Shown here piece after piece: positions 44,047-53,944 of a DNA stretch of 64,000 bases (position 1 is the stretch's first letter; each line of letters opens with the position of its first letter). The notes beneath the pieces are model-generated. The model made no database searches. It was given only the letters and a program-made list of their open reading frames with translations, and was not told where the DNA came from. The DNA lies in assembly GCA_963664815.2 (NCBI GenBank), contig CAXXHB010000002.1, positions 320,001 through 384,000 on the forward strand. The letters run 5' to 3'. The translations under genes were made by a program, and so were the position numbers. The DNA comes from Spirochaetota bacterium. Lineage in GTDB: Bacteria > Spirochaetota > UBA4802 > UBA5550.

Positions 44047-44395
44047 GAAGATACCTCGTATTTATCAACAATTGTTGACAAGTATGTTTATAAATATACT
44101 TATATTAAGTGTTTAAATTTTTATATATTTAATAGTAAGAATGAATCAACTCTTTTGAGTAAATATTTATTACTTTTTTATAACATAAAACCGGGATAGA
44201 AGGTTTATTTCTAAAATTATGTAGTTTTGGAAATAGTTTTTGGCAACAAATTAATATTAATAAAAATTTAGTATAATAAAAAAGTGAAAATCTCTTGATA
44301 ACGTATTTATAACATGTTTATAACAGTCTAAATATGTTGATAAATTGTTAAGAAGATGTTTATACTGATAAATAAAAATAACCCGGAGTCTTTTT
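44047..44395. promoter_or_regulatory. dnaA promoter region / second oriC element with variant DnaA-box clusters
   Basis: TTATCAACA (+, 44062), TTGTCAACA (-, 44073), TTATAAACA (-, 44085); further minus-strand boxes at 44293, 44304, 44315, 44335, 44346 and 44357. Confidence 0.7.
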
Positions 44396-45505
44396 GTGGA
44401 ATCAGATAAAAGAGAAATTGAAGATTTATTAAAATTAAGAGAAATATATAATCAGTCGAGAATTGATTATTATAGATTTGTAATAAGAACTGAAGATAGA
44501 ATGATTTTCTCCCGACTTGGCAAGATTCCTGACAACTGGGATAATTATACTAATAAAGAGGGTATTCAATTAACAAATTCAGTTAAATCAAGGCTTAGCG
44601 ATATAAAAAAGAAAAAATCATGGGAATTAAAACTCCAGAGCTTATATGTTTTTTTTGTAACCGATATTGAAAACATGTTTTTATCAGTTCTTCAGCAGAT
44701 TGATGTTGAAGAGAATGAACTGAATGATTCTATAGATTCCATTTCTAATTTGATTCTTGAATTGAATGATGAATTTCTGAATTTTAAATATCTTCTTTTA
44801 ACACTAGCTAAAAGATCAATAAGTGATATGTATTATATTTTATCTGCATATTCTAAATTTTTTATGAAGAAAAATTTTAACTATGAAGATGATATAAAGT
44901 CTTTATTAAGTGAAATTAATATTATTTTCAGAAAATATATTATTACTAATCATGGCCTGGAATATTTTATTAATATTAATAATGAAATAAAACCGCTTTT
45001 CATCAAGAGTACAAATGAGATTGGATGGCGAATGAATGAATTCGCTGTTAAAGATTATTTTGAAAGAACAAATCATGTAGTTAAAATTTCAGAATTAAAC
45101 AAAATTGTAAGATCAGCTTATGAATATAAAAAAAATCTTTTGAACTATTATCTTTTTCTTAAGTTTTATTATAATGAAAATGACGGTAAACTATTCAGGC
45201 TTAATTTTGTATATGATTCATTAAAAGTAAAACTGGATGAAAATAAAATTAACAAGGATGTTTTTGAATCTTACCAGATAATCAGAGAAAGCTTTATTAA
45301 TTATAAAAACCTGTTTGAGAAGGTTGGGCTGAACGGTTTTGGTTCTGAAAAAATGTCGTATTATGAACTTATAGATTTTATATATAAATTGTGCAAAATA
45401 ATAGAATTTTACTATTTAAGAAATATGAAATATGAAACATTGCAGCTGTTCAGAAATGATATACTTTTTTATGTAGAAAAAGAGATTTTAACAATAAACA
45501 GTTAA
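44396..45505 (+). CDS. Hypothetical helical protein divergent from dnaA
   Basis: 369-aa ORF, GTG start with GGAG upstream; no recognised motif. Confidence 0.75.
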   Translation: MESDKREIEDLLKLREIYNQSRIDYYRFVIRTEDRMIFSRLGKIPDNWDNYTNKEGIQLTNSVKSRLSDIKKKKSWELKLQSLYVFFVTDIENMFLSVLQQIDVEENELNDSIDSISNLILELNDEFLNFKYLLLTLAKRSISDMYYILSAYSKFFMKKNFNYEDDIKSLLSEINIIFRKYIITNHGLEYFININNEIKPLFIKSTNEIGWRMNEFAVKDYFERTNHVVKISELNKIVRSAYEYKKNLLNYYLFLKFYYNENDGKLFRLNFVYDSLKVKLDENKINKDVFESYQIIRESFINYKNLFEKVGLNGFGSEKMSYYELIDFIYKLCKIIEFYYLRNMKYETLQLFRNDILFYVEKEILTINS

Positions 45506-46209
45506 TCAAAACTCTTAATATTTTTTTTCTCGTTCAGTTCTTTTATATGCCTGTTTATTTCTTCATTGAATGGAAGCATGGAAGCCGCAGATTTAAGATA
45601 TTTTTCAGCTTCTTCATAATTTCCGAGTTTAAGGTAAACAAATCCAAATGTGTCATTGTAAGCCGGATTCAGAATATTTTTTCTATAAACAAACTCAGCA
45701 ATTTTTAATGCGCTTTTTAGTTCTATATTTAAAGACGCCATTAGATAGGATGTTGAGTTAAGGCTATTAATGTTTGTTCTGTCGTATCGAAAAATTTCCC
45801 GATATGTTTTAAGAGCTTTTTTTAGTTCACCTTTTTTTTCAAAGCAGTATCCACACATATTAAGAGCATGTATGTCTGATTTATAATCTGATATTACATT
45901 ATTCAGAATGACCAAAGCTTCATCATAGTTTCCATTTTTTATCAGGCAAAGTGCAATGTTTTTTTTCACCAGTGATGAGTTTATATAAGAAGTATTAAGA
46001 TTAAGTAATTTATCAAAATAATTATAAGCTGTTTTGAATAGGCCTTTTTTACAATATGTGACGCCAAGGTTGAACAGTATTTCCGGATTTTCCCGATCAA
46101 TCATTTCGGCTCTTTTAAGTTCATCAATTGCCGAATCATAGTCTCCTGAAAAAAGATCATTCAAAGCGGCTTTTTTTATTGTGTCTAAAATGTTATTTAT
46201 ATCATCCAT
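45502..46209 (-). CDS. Tetratricopeptide-repeat protein
   Basis: Several TPR motifs (LFNLGVTY..KG.F..A; DTFGFVY.KLG.YEEA..YL..A). Confidence 0.85.
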   Translation of the reverse strand: MDDINNILDTIKKAALNDLFSGDYDSAIDELKRAEMIDRENPEILFNLGVTYCKKGLFKTAYNYFDKLLNLNTSYINSSLVKKNIALCLIKNGNYDEALVILNNVISDYKSDIHALNMCGYCFEKKGELKKALKTYREIFRYDRTNINSLNSTSYLMASLNIELKSALKIAEFVYRKNILNPAYNDTFGFVYLKLGNYEEAEKYLKSAASMLPFNEEINRHIKELNEKKNIKSFD

Positions 46210-46213
46210 AGAT

Positions 46214-46945
46214 CTAAATTTTTTGAAATTTATTTAATTCTTTATAGTCGGTTGAATCTATAGACATAGGTGTAATTGAAATATATGAATTCTCAAGAGC
46301 ATAACAGTCATTCCATGGAGAGCTTACTGTTTCAATTATACCGCTAAGCTGCATTCCAAATATATCGGGATCATTTTTTTCTGATTTTATATATGAATCC
46401 TTATAAATTCTTTTTGAAAGGTGTGTGTATTTTATTCCTCTTATTTCATCAGAGGGCAGATTGGGATAATTTATATTGAGATATATATTTTTATGAATTT
46501 TCATTTTATTTATAAAATTATTAATAAAAGAAGCGGTTTCAACTAAATATGGGGAAGCAGTGTGGAAACTGTCAATAGATACCGCAAGAGCCGGTTTGCC
46601 AAAAATGAACGCTGTACGCGCACCTGCAACTGTTCCGGAAAAATGCACATCATCTCCAAGGTTCGGGCCATGATTTATTCCTGATATTACAAGATCTATT
46701 TCCGGAATTATATCGGAATGAATTCCTATGCTTACACAATCTGCAGGATATCCTGAGATAGAAAAAAAATTAGTTCCATGTTTTTTAATAATGACTTCGT
46801 CTCTCATTGTGAAAATATTAGAACAGGCACTTCTCTCTTTGTCTGGTGCGATTATAAAAGTTTCATGTTCTTTGGAGAGACAATTCCATAAAAGCTGTAT
46901 ACCATCAGCATTAATTCCATCATCGTTTGTTAATAAGATTTTCAT
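46214..46945 (-). CDS. surE: 5'/3'-nucleotidase SurE
   Basis: ILLTNDDG, G.PADCV, SGINHGPNLG, SGTVAGA, SITPM. Confidence 0.96.
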   Translation of the reverse strand: MKILLTNDDGINADGIQLLWNCLSKEHETFIIAPDKERSACSNIFTMRDEVIIKKHGTNFFSISGYPADCVSIGIHSDIIPEIDLVISGINHGPNLGDDVHFSGTVAGARTAFIFGKPALAVSIDSFHTASPYLVETASFINNFINKMKIHKNIYLNINYPNLPSDEIRGIKYTHLSKRIYKDSYIKSEKNDPDIFGMQLSGIIETVSSPWNDCYALENSYISITPMSIDSTDYKELNKFQKI

Positions 46946-47218
46946 TTTTTCTCATTTTTCTATGAATTTAAATTTTATTGTATTTTAATGTCAAGTACAG
47001 ATTAAATTTTATGTTGCTGTAAAAGTAATGGATTTTAACCATGTATATTGTTTAAATCGGTTTGCCTTTGATATTGCAAAAATAAAAGCAACGTAATATT
47101 ATTATTAGCGATTAACTAATTTTTGTAAATTTGATTTGATTTTTTTTTTAAATAGTATAGTTTTGAATAATAGATTATTCTTATGGGATAATCTATTAAT
47201 TTTTTAAGGAGGCTTGTT

Positions 47219-47758
47219 GTGAAAAATATTTTTAAAGTTTTTATTATAACTGCGGGAATTGTTTTATTTTATAATGTAAACAGTTTTGCTCTTGTTGATG
47301 GAGCAGCATGGGGCGGTTATTCGTTTAATGGACAGGTAGAAGGAAATTCAAGTGCAGATCCACATGGTCTTCAGTACGGGGGAAAAGCTCATTATAACAC
47401 CTCAATTACTCCATTATTTGTTTTTGGAATAGGAGGATATTACCAGTATACAAAAATAAAATTTGATATACTTAATAGTGAGACGGATGTTTCGCGAAAG
47501 TCTGCTGGTGTTGATGCAAATCTTATTCTGGATATTCCTTTATTTCCGATTGATCCATATATCAGAGGAACTTTCGGTATATGGGATAAATATGATAATG
47601 ATGTTGAGCGTTTTAAAGCCTATGGTGCAGGTATTGGATTTGAACTTACATTTTTCCCTTTTCTCAGATTATTTGGGGAATATATGTATGATTCAACAGA
47701 TCATGGCAATTATCTGAGATCAAATTCAGTTAACCTGGGTCTGAAAGTTGATATTTAA
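47219..47758 (+). CDS. Outer-membrane beta-barrel protein (OmpA/OmpW-like, 8-strand size)
   Basis: AGGAGG RBS, GTG start, signal peptide (SFA-L), amphipathic strands, PY..G.G motif. Confidence 0.75.
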   Translation: MKNIFKVFIITAGIVLFYNVNSFALVDGAAWGGYSFNGQVEGNSSADPHGLQYGGKAHYNTSITPLFVFGIGGYYQYTKIKFDILNSETDVSRKSAGVDANLILDIPLFPIDPYIRGTFGIWDKYDNDVERFKAYGAGIGFELTFFPFLRLFGEYMYDSTDHGNYLRSNSVNLGLKVDI

Positions 47759-47783
47759 TAATTTTAGTAAGTTGAGATTATTT

Positions 47784-47821
47784 AAAAACCGGATATACAA
47801 TCAGAATTATATCCGGTTTTT
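47784..47821 (+). terminator. Intrinsic terminator
   Basis: AAAAACCGGATATA-N10-TATATCCGGTTTTT. Confidence 0.75.
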
Positions 47822-48022
47822 GCATTTTACATGAATTGAATAGAAAGAATGTTTGATAAGAAGTTATATATTTAATAACCTCATTAGAAACTGTCTTAAA
47901 GTCAACTTTCTCTGTATGAATTATTTATTTCAACGTTTTTGAATAATTTTAAAAATGATTTTACTTTTTATGTTTGTATAATATAGTAACCTATCTATTA
48001 TAGATTTTTAATAACTTACTTT

Positions 48023-48244
48023 TTGAATTGTTTACAGGAGAATACATTATTATTTATGGGAGACGGAAAAATAGTGAAAGACCATTTATCAAATAAGATT
48101 TTCAGTACAATTATGCAACTAAAGAATCAAAAAATTTATAAATGGATCTATAAACATCCTCATCTGTCTATAATGATACTTACTTTGGTGGCAATTTTTA
48201 TATTATATTTTTTTATAAATTTTATAATTAAATATGTTGTTTAA
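48023..48244 (+). CDS. Small hypothetical membrane protein (start probably 48056 or 48074)
   Basis: One C-terminal hydrophobic helix; ends 10 bp before the next gene. Confidence 0.4.
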   Translation: MNCLQENTLLFMGDGKIVKDHLSNKIFSTIMQLKNQKIYKWIYKHPHLSIMILTLVAIFILYFFINFIIKYVV

Positions 48245-48254
48245 TAAATAAAAA

Positions 48255-49370
48255 ATGAGACTTAAAATTAAAATTTCTGATTTATTTTTTTACATCTTAA
48301 TATCATTGCAGGTTTTTACTCCGCGAAGCTCATTTTCAGATATATTTCCCAATGATTTTCCTTCAGAAAGCAAGTACAGATATAATGGAGGAAATATTAA
48401 AACTGTAAATGGAAAATTTTATGCATATATAGTGCTTCTTTTTAATGAAAACCCACATTTTGTAAATATGATTCAAAAGGGAGCCATCTCAAATGTAGAA
48501 ATGAGTATTGAAGGTTTCCATATTAAGGAGTATAAACAATATTTAGCTTCTATACAGGATAGTAAGCTTGGTAATGAATGCAGGTTAATACTGAAAATAT
48601 TTCTTGAACCGGATCAGTTCAATGATTCATATTTACATCAGATAGAAAAAGACCTTTGTAAAAGAAATATTATTTTAAAGTTCTACAGGGAAGGGACTTA
48701 TAAAGGAGCCCATATAACACTCGATTATTGTATTTATGGGGAGAAGATTAAAATAGATATCAAACATCCTCTATTTGATTTTAATGATGAAATGTATTAT
48801 ATAATGCCTTATATTGATTATGGTGAGCTTTCAACAAGTAATTCAACTTTTTATCCTGACATGATTTATATAAATCCTGATGAAGTTAATGACGATTATC
48901 TAATTGCACAAAATGTTACAAATGGCAAAGATGTTAAGTCGATGTTTTTTGTCGGTTCAAAAGTAAGTGATGATATAAAACATTGTCTTTTGGTGGCTTT
49001 CAAAGAAAATTCATCCATTAAAAAAGAAATATGGAAGATGTTTGTTATACATGAAATTACTCATAAAATAATGAACAACAAATTTAACAACTATGATCAG
49101 GTTACAGGAGAAGAGCTATCTCTTTCAAGTACAATTTATTCAAATCCATATCTTGGATTAGCAGTTATGTATAGTTATCTTAATTACAGCAAGATGAATC
49201 CGCATAAAATAGCCGCAATGAGATTTATCACATATATTTCTGAAGATTCGGGAAATAAGAATTATATTAATAACCCAGGGAGCATTAAAAATATTCCCGT
49301 TGATAAACTGAAGGAATTCTCAAAGAATTATTTTCATTATCGCGTTAGTAAACTGGAGCGTGATAGATAA
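48255..49370 (+). CDS. Exported hypothetical protein with HExxH motif (putative zinc metalloprotease)
   Basis: N-terminal signal/anchor; HEITH followed by EE about 15 residues later. Confidence 0.65.
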   Translation: MRLKIKISDLFFYILISLQVFTPRSSFSDIFPNDFPSESKYRYNGGNIKTVNGKFYAYIVLLFNENPHFVNMIQKGAISNVEMSIEGFHIKEYKQYLASIQDSKLGNECRLILKIFLEPDQFNDSYLHQIEKDLCKRNIILKFYREGTYKGAHITLDYCIYGEKIKIDIKHPLFDFNDEMYYIMPYIDYGELSTSNSTFYPDMIYINPDEVNDDYLIAQNVTNGKDVKSMFFVGSKVSDDIKHCLLVAFKENSSIKKEIWKMFVIHEITHKIMNNKFNNYDQVTGEELSLSSTIYSNPYLGLAVMYSYLNYSKMNPHKIAAMRFITYISEDSGNKNYINNPGSIKNIPVDKLKEFSKNYFHYRVSKLERDR

Positions 49371-49376
49371 TATAAT

Positions 49377-50858
49377 CTATTCAGGTTTCATTGTCGGGAA
49401 AAGCAGTATATCCCTTATAGTAGTTTCACCTGTAAGAAGCATAACAAAACGGTCTATTCCAATCCCCATGCCGCCTGTGGGTGGCATTCCAGCTTCAATT
49501 GCCTGAACGAAATTTTCATCCATGGGTGGGGCTTCTTCATCAATTTCTCTTCTAAGGGATTGCTCATAAAGAGTTTTTCTCTGGAAAACCGGATCATTAG
49601 ACTCACTGTATGCATTTGCAAATTCAGTTCCATTAATAAAAAGCTCGAATCTCTGGAGAAATCTTTCATCGTCAATATCTGGTTTGCAAAGAGGTGTTGT
49701 CTCCAAAGGTTGATGTGTTATAAATGTAGGCTGGATAAGTTTAGGTTCTACTAGTATCTGGAAAAGTTCGTCTACGGCTAATCCTCGTATAAAATCCCCT
49801 TTAATCTCTCCGCCATGTTTTAACACTGCCTGTTTAAGCTCTTCATCGTCCATAGTCATTACATCAAGCCCTGAATATTCTTTAATCGAGTCTGTCATTT
49901 TCATTTTTTTCCAGGGAGTTTTAAGATCTATATTTTTTCCGTCAAAAGTTATATTTGTTGATCCATTAACCTTTAATGCTGTATTAACAATCAGCTCTTC
50001 AGCGATTTTCATCATATCATTGTAGTCACCGTATGCCTGGTAAAGCTCAAGCATGGTAAATTCAGGATTATGCGTTCTGTCAATGCCTTCGTTTCTGAAA
50101 CATTTTCCGATTTCATAAACCCGGTCGAATCCCCCGACAATGAGTCTTTTAAGATATGGTTCAAGTGATATTCTGAGATATAGATTTATATCAAGGGCAT
50201 TGTGATGGGATGTAAATGGCGCAGCGGCAGCACCACCGTAAACAGGCTGAAGAATAGGAGTTTCTACTTCATAAAAATCTTTTTCATCAAGAATTTTTTT
50301 GATATTTCTTATGATATTTATTCGTTTTTTAAAAGTTTCCTTAACTCCTGGAGTTACAATCAAATCTACCTGCCTGTTTCTGTATCTCAGTTCCTTATCT
50401 GCGAAAAGATCGAATGTTTCGCCATCTTTTTCCTTAACAACAGGGAGCGGACGAATATTCTTTGTAAGGAGTGTGAGTTCATCAATAAAAACAGTTATCT
50501 CTTCGGTTTTGGTCTTTTTTACTGTACCTTTAACGCCTATTATATCGCCAAGATCCAGTTTTTTAAAAAGATTATAGTGATGTTCTCCAATAGATGCACC
50601 GGAGATATAAAGCTGTATTTTACCCTCTTTGTCCTGTATGGTACAGAAACTGGCTTTTCCCATTATTCTTACTGCCATAATACGTCCGGCTATTGAAACT
50701 TTTTCCTGTGATTCAAAATAATGGTCAAAATTGGCAAAGATTTCATTACTGTAATGAGTTACATCATATTTATAAGGGAATGGATTGATCCCGAAATTAT
50801 TTCTTATTTCATTTATTTTATCAATTCGTATTTGAATCAGAGCATTTGTATCTTCCAT
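49377..50858 (-). CDS. lysS: Lysine--tRNA ligase (class II)
   Basis: AGRIM..R.MGKASF, EVETPIL, FRNEGID.THNPEF, GMPPTGGMGIGIDR. Confidence 0.98.
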   Translation of the reverse strand: MEDTNALIQIRIDKINEIRNNFGINPFPYKYDVTHYSNEIFANFDHYFESQEKVSIAGRIMAVRIMGKASFCTIQDKEGKIQLYISGASIGEHHYNLFKKLDLGDIIGVKGTVKKTKTEEITVFIDELTLLTKNIRPLPVVKEKDGETFDLFADKELRYRNRQVDLIVTPGVKETFKKRINIIRNIKKILDEKDFYEVETPILQPVYGGAAAAPFTSHHNALDINLYLRISLEPYLKRLIVGGFDRVYEIGKCFRNEGIDRTHNPEFTMLELYQAYGDYNDMMKIAEELIVNTALKVNGSTNITFDGKNIDLKTPWKKMKMTDSIKEYSGLDVMTMDDEELKQAVLKHGGEIKGDFIRGLAVDELFQILVEPKLIQPTFITHQPLETTPLCKPDIDDERFLQRFELFINGTEFANAYSESNDPVFQRKTLYEQSLRREIDEEAPPMDENFVQAIEAGMPPTGGMGIGIDRFVMLLTGETTIRDILLFPTMKPE

Positions 50859-50989
50859 TAAATTATCCTGATATCTTTTTAATTTTTATTTATTCACTTT
50901 TTTTCTATATGATGTGTCAAATTATTTTTTTACATTGATCTTATTTAAAGTATTATTTAACTTTTTTAAATTCAAAATTACTCAATTGA

Positions 50990-52132
50990 ATGGTGATTAA
51001 TATGTATGAATTTGAAACAGGGCCAATAAGGCCGCCAAGCGAAGCTCATAGTATTCTTTTAAGACTTACAAGAAGCTGTCCGTGGAATAAATGTTCATTT
51101 TGTCCTGTATATAAAAACGAGAAGTTTTCACTAAGGACTATTGAAGAGATTAAAAAAGATATCGATTCAATGTATGCAATATATTCCAAAATTGCTGAAA
51201 GAGTAAACTTAACAAATGGTGGTTATATAAGTGATGATGTTATAATAAACCTTATTAATGTTGATAAAATTCCTCAATATTTTCTTCAGCAGATGCTTTT
51301 CTGGATGTATTATGGGCTTAAGAGCCTTTTTCTTCAGGACGCGGATTCAATGGTGATGAAATCAGATAATTTAGTAGATATTTTAAATTATATAAGAGAA
51401 AGATTCCCTTCCATTGAACGTATAACATGTTACAGCAGGTCTAAAACGCTTGTTGTAAAAACGGTCAATGAATTAAAAAAAATAAGAGCCGCAGGGCTTA
51501 ACCGTATTCATATAGGAATGGAATCCGGTTCTGATGAAGTATTGAAGATGATTAACAAAGGAGTTAAAGGTGAGGAGCATATTATTGCCGGCAGAAAAGT
51601 TGTTGAAGCTGGATTTGAGCTTTCAGAATATTTTATGCCAGGACTTGGAGGGAGAAAATTTACAACTGAAAATGCAATTGAAACAGCAAAAGTACTGAAT
51701 AAAATAAATCCTTCTTTTATACGGATCCGGACAGCAACGCCTGTACCCGGTACCGGGCTTTTTTCAATGATGGAAAGCGGAGAATGGGAACCGTTAACTG
51801 AAACTGAAAAAGTTATAGAGCTTAAAAATATGATAGAAGCATTAGATGGTATTGATTCATATATTCAGAGTGACCATATGATGAATCTTATTGAAGACGC
51901 AAACGGGAAACTTCCTGTTGATAAAGAGAAAATTCTTGCTTCTCTGGATAAGTACCTCCAGTTGAGTCTGGATGATCAGGAATGCTTTATTGTGGCGAGA
52001 AGAACAGGACATGTCAGGTTTATTTCTGATTATTCAAGAAACAGAGATTTTATAGTACTGAGGGACAGGATTAAAGAGGAGTTTGGTTCAATCGATAAAG
52101 CAGCGATGGCGTTATCAGCAAAATCATTTTAA
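50990..52132 (+). CDS. Radical SAM protein (start possibly 51002)
   Basis: RPPSEA...CPWNKCSFC, FLQDAD, GMESGS, SDH. Confidence 0.9.
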   Translation: MVINMYEFETGPIRPPSEAHSILLRLTRSCPWNKCSFCPVYKNEKFSLRTIEEIKKDIDSMYAIYSKIAERVNLTNGGYISDDVIINLINVDKIPQYFLQQMLFWMYYGLKSLFLQDADSMVMKSDNLVDILNYIRERFPSIERITCYSRSKTLVVKTVNELKKIRAAGLNRIHIGMESGSDEVLKMINKGVKGEEHIIAGRKVVEAGFELSEYFMPGLGGRKFTTENAIETAKVLNKINPSFIRIRTATPVPGTGLFSMMESGEWEPLTETEKVIELKNMIEALDGIDSYIQSDHMMNLIEDANGKLPVDKEKILASLDKYLQLSLDDQECFIVARRTGHVRFISDYSRNRDFIVLRDRIKEEFGSIDKAAMALSAKSF

Positions 52133-52175
52133 CAGCAAAAAAGCCGTCATTTCATGACGGCTTTTTTGCTGTTAA
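52129..52175. terminator. Bidirectional intrinsic terminator
   Basis: Perfect 22-bp inverted repeat TTAACAGCAAAAAAGCCGTCAT-TTC-ATGACGGCTTTTTTGCTGTTAA between convergent genes. Confidence 0.88.
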
Positions 52176-52187
52176 CAAATTAAAAAA

Positions 52188-53438
52188 TTATTTCAGTTTT
52201 TTCGCGTTCATCATCAGCTTGTTAGGCGTTGTCGATTTTATATCAATTTTAAAGCCAATTTTTTCAGCTTTAGCTGTCAGTTCGTCTCTGAAATCTGTTG
52301 TTTTACCTGAGAATATAACTTCAAGATTAACTGATTTTCCCTCTTGTTTTTTTTCATTAAGCTTTTTAACTCCTCTAATTCTGTTTAAAAGCTGATTTTC
52401 AAAATTTTTAAGCTCTTCTGTTGAAAGACCTGCAACTAAAACTGTTATTTCTCTTTCGGTTGCGGCTTCTACAAATTTTTTAATTATTGAGCTTATAAAA
52501 CGGCCTGACTTAAACGAGCCTTCATCATCTTTTTTACCTAAAAAAGTTGATTTTTTAAGGCAGTTTTCAATGGCCATTTTTGAGGCTGTTTCTGCTTCTA
52601 TATGGAGGCCAGGAGCATTTTCTGAAATACTGGCAAGCGTTTTTCCTGTATAGACATCTATTGCTTTTATATTAATAATCGCAGATTTAGACTGCATGTT
52701 GGATGAACCAAAATTACTTTTTAAAGCAGCGGATTGATCTTTAGTCTTGGATTCACCGGTAATAATAATATCAGCTCCTATACCTGAAAGAAGATCCTGT
52801 ACATCTGCAGAAACTGATCCTGATACAGCTTTCAGCATTTTTGCTTTATCTTTTTTCATTAATTCCTGTGTTGTGGCTGCATCAACAAAATCAAAGCCCA
52901 GTTCTCCCATTATGCTTTCCATTTTAAGTTCAGTTACTGTAAAACCAGGATTATTCTGAGCACCTTCAAAGGTTTCTTTAATAAGAATCATAAATTTCGG
53001 TTTTCCGTATCTGTTTAGTGCATCTTTTATCGCATCCTCAACGGCGGCAGTTTCTACTGTTCCTTCTATAGTAACAATATATGCATTTCCATCCTGTTTC
53101 TCTTCAATGATTTTATCATTTTTTACAAGACCATAAGATTTTGCTTCAATAACACTTGAGACAAGTTTAAAATCTTCAACTAATGATGAACCGGAAACTG
53201 TATCACCAAGTATTTTAGCTACAAGTTTGTTTTTTGCATCATCGATGGCTCTGTCTCTCGCAAGGGCTTTGTCATCATCATATATTGTTGCGTAACCTGT
53301 TGCCTGTCCTCTGTTTGAGTTTTCCTCTTTTGTTGTTGAATTTGACTTTTTATCATCTTTAACATTTTTTCCTCCTCCGCATGATGCAAATACGGTGATT
53401 AGAATAAACGATAAAGTAAGTATCAGACCCTTTTTCAT
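52188..53438 (-). CDS. Lipoprotein, LipL46/FlgT-N-like
   Basis: AGGAG RBS, MKKGLIL...FAS-C lipobox, 'G.A.I..DD.ALARDRAI.DA' FlgT-N-like segment. Start re-called to 53438. Confidence 0.78.
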   Translation of the reverse strand: MKKGLILTLSFILITVFASCGGGKNVKDDKKSNSTTKEENSNRGQATGYATIYDDDKALARDRAIDDAKNKLVAKILGDTVSGSSLVEDFKLVSSVIEAKSYGLVKNDKIIEEKQDGNAYIVTIEGTVETAAVEDAIKDALNRYGKPKFMILIKETFEGAQNNPGFTVTELKMESIMGELGFDFVDAATTQELMKKDKAKMLKAVSGSVSADVQDLLSGIGADIIITGESKTKDQSAALKSNFGSSNMQSKSAIINIKAIDVYTGKTLASISENAPGLHIEAETASKMAIENCLKKSTFLGKKDDEGSFKSGRFISSIIKKFVEAATEREITVLVAGLSTEELKNFENQLLNRIRGVKKLNEKKQEGKSVNLEVIFSGKTTDFRDELTAKAEKIGFKIDIKSTTPNKLMMNAKKLK

Positions 53439-53503
53439 TTTGCTGCTCCTTGAATAATTATTAAAAATATTTGATATTATTTGTTCATTAATTTTACCAG
53501 TCG

Positions 53504-53533
53504 AATTTACCATTAAACTGCAAATATAGTCAA
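53504..53533 (-). promoter_or_regulatory. Candidate sigma70 promoter of the LipL46-like gene
   Basis: Minus strand TTGACT-N18-TAAATT with extended -10 TG. Confidence 0.5.
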
Positions 53534-53944
53534 ATTTTTTTTATATAATGTGTAATAATTATTCCAGTTTGAGTGTATTGTTATATTAATTTTGAAAATC
53601 ATTCAGGGAGATTATTTCATTAATTTTTGCTATGGAGTCATTGTTTTTATTAAAAATGAATTTTAAATTAACTGCAATCAGATTTACAATATAACAATTA
53701 ATTTACTGAAATTAACTAATTTGAAATTGAGTATAAAATTTTAGGCCGCATAAAATAACTCTTTTTTAAAGTTTTAAGGAGTGGAGGTCTTTTTTATATA
53801 CCCTGGAAAAATGACCATGTTAAAAAATTCCATTTTGTGCTCGGCATTATGACTGATCTATATATAAATAAAAATCATAATTGCTTGATTAAATTATTAA
53901 CTGAATTTATTATTTACAAATAATCAAACGGCAGGTGTAAGACT

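Noticed and set aside
47885-47905. TAGAAACTGTCTTAAAGTCA, resembling an IS/MITE terminus
   Set aside because: No matching inverted end, target duplication or transposase was found.
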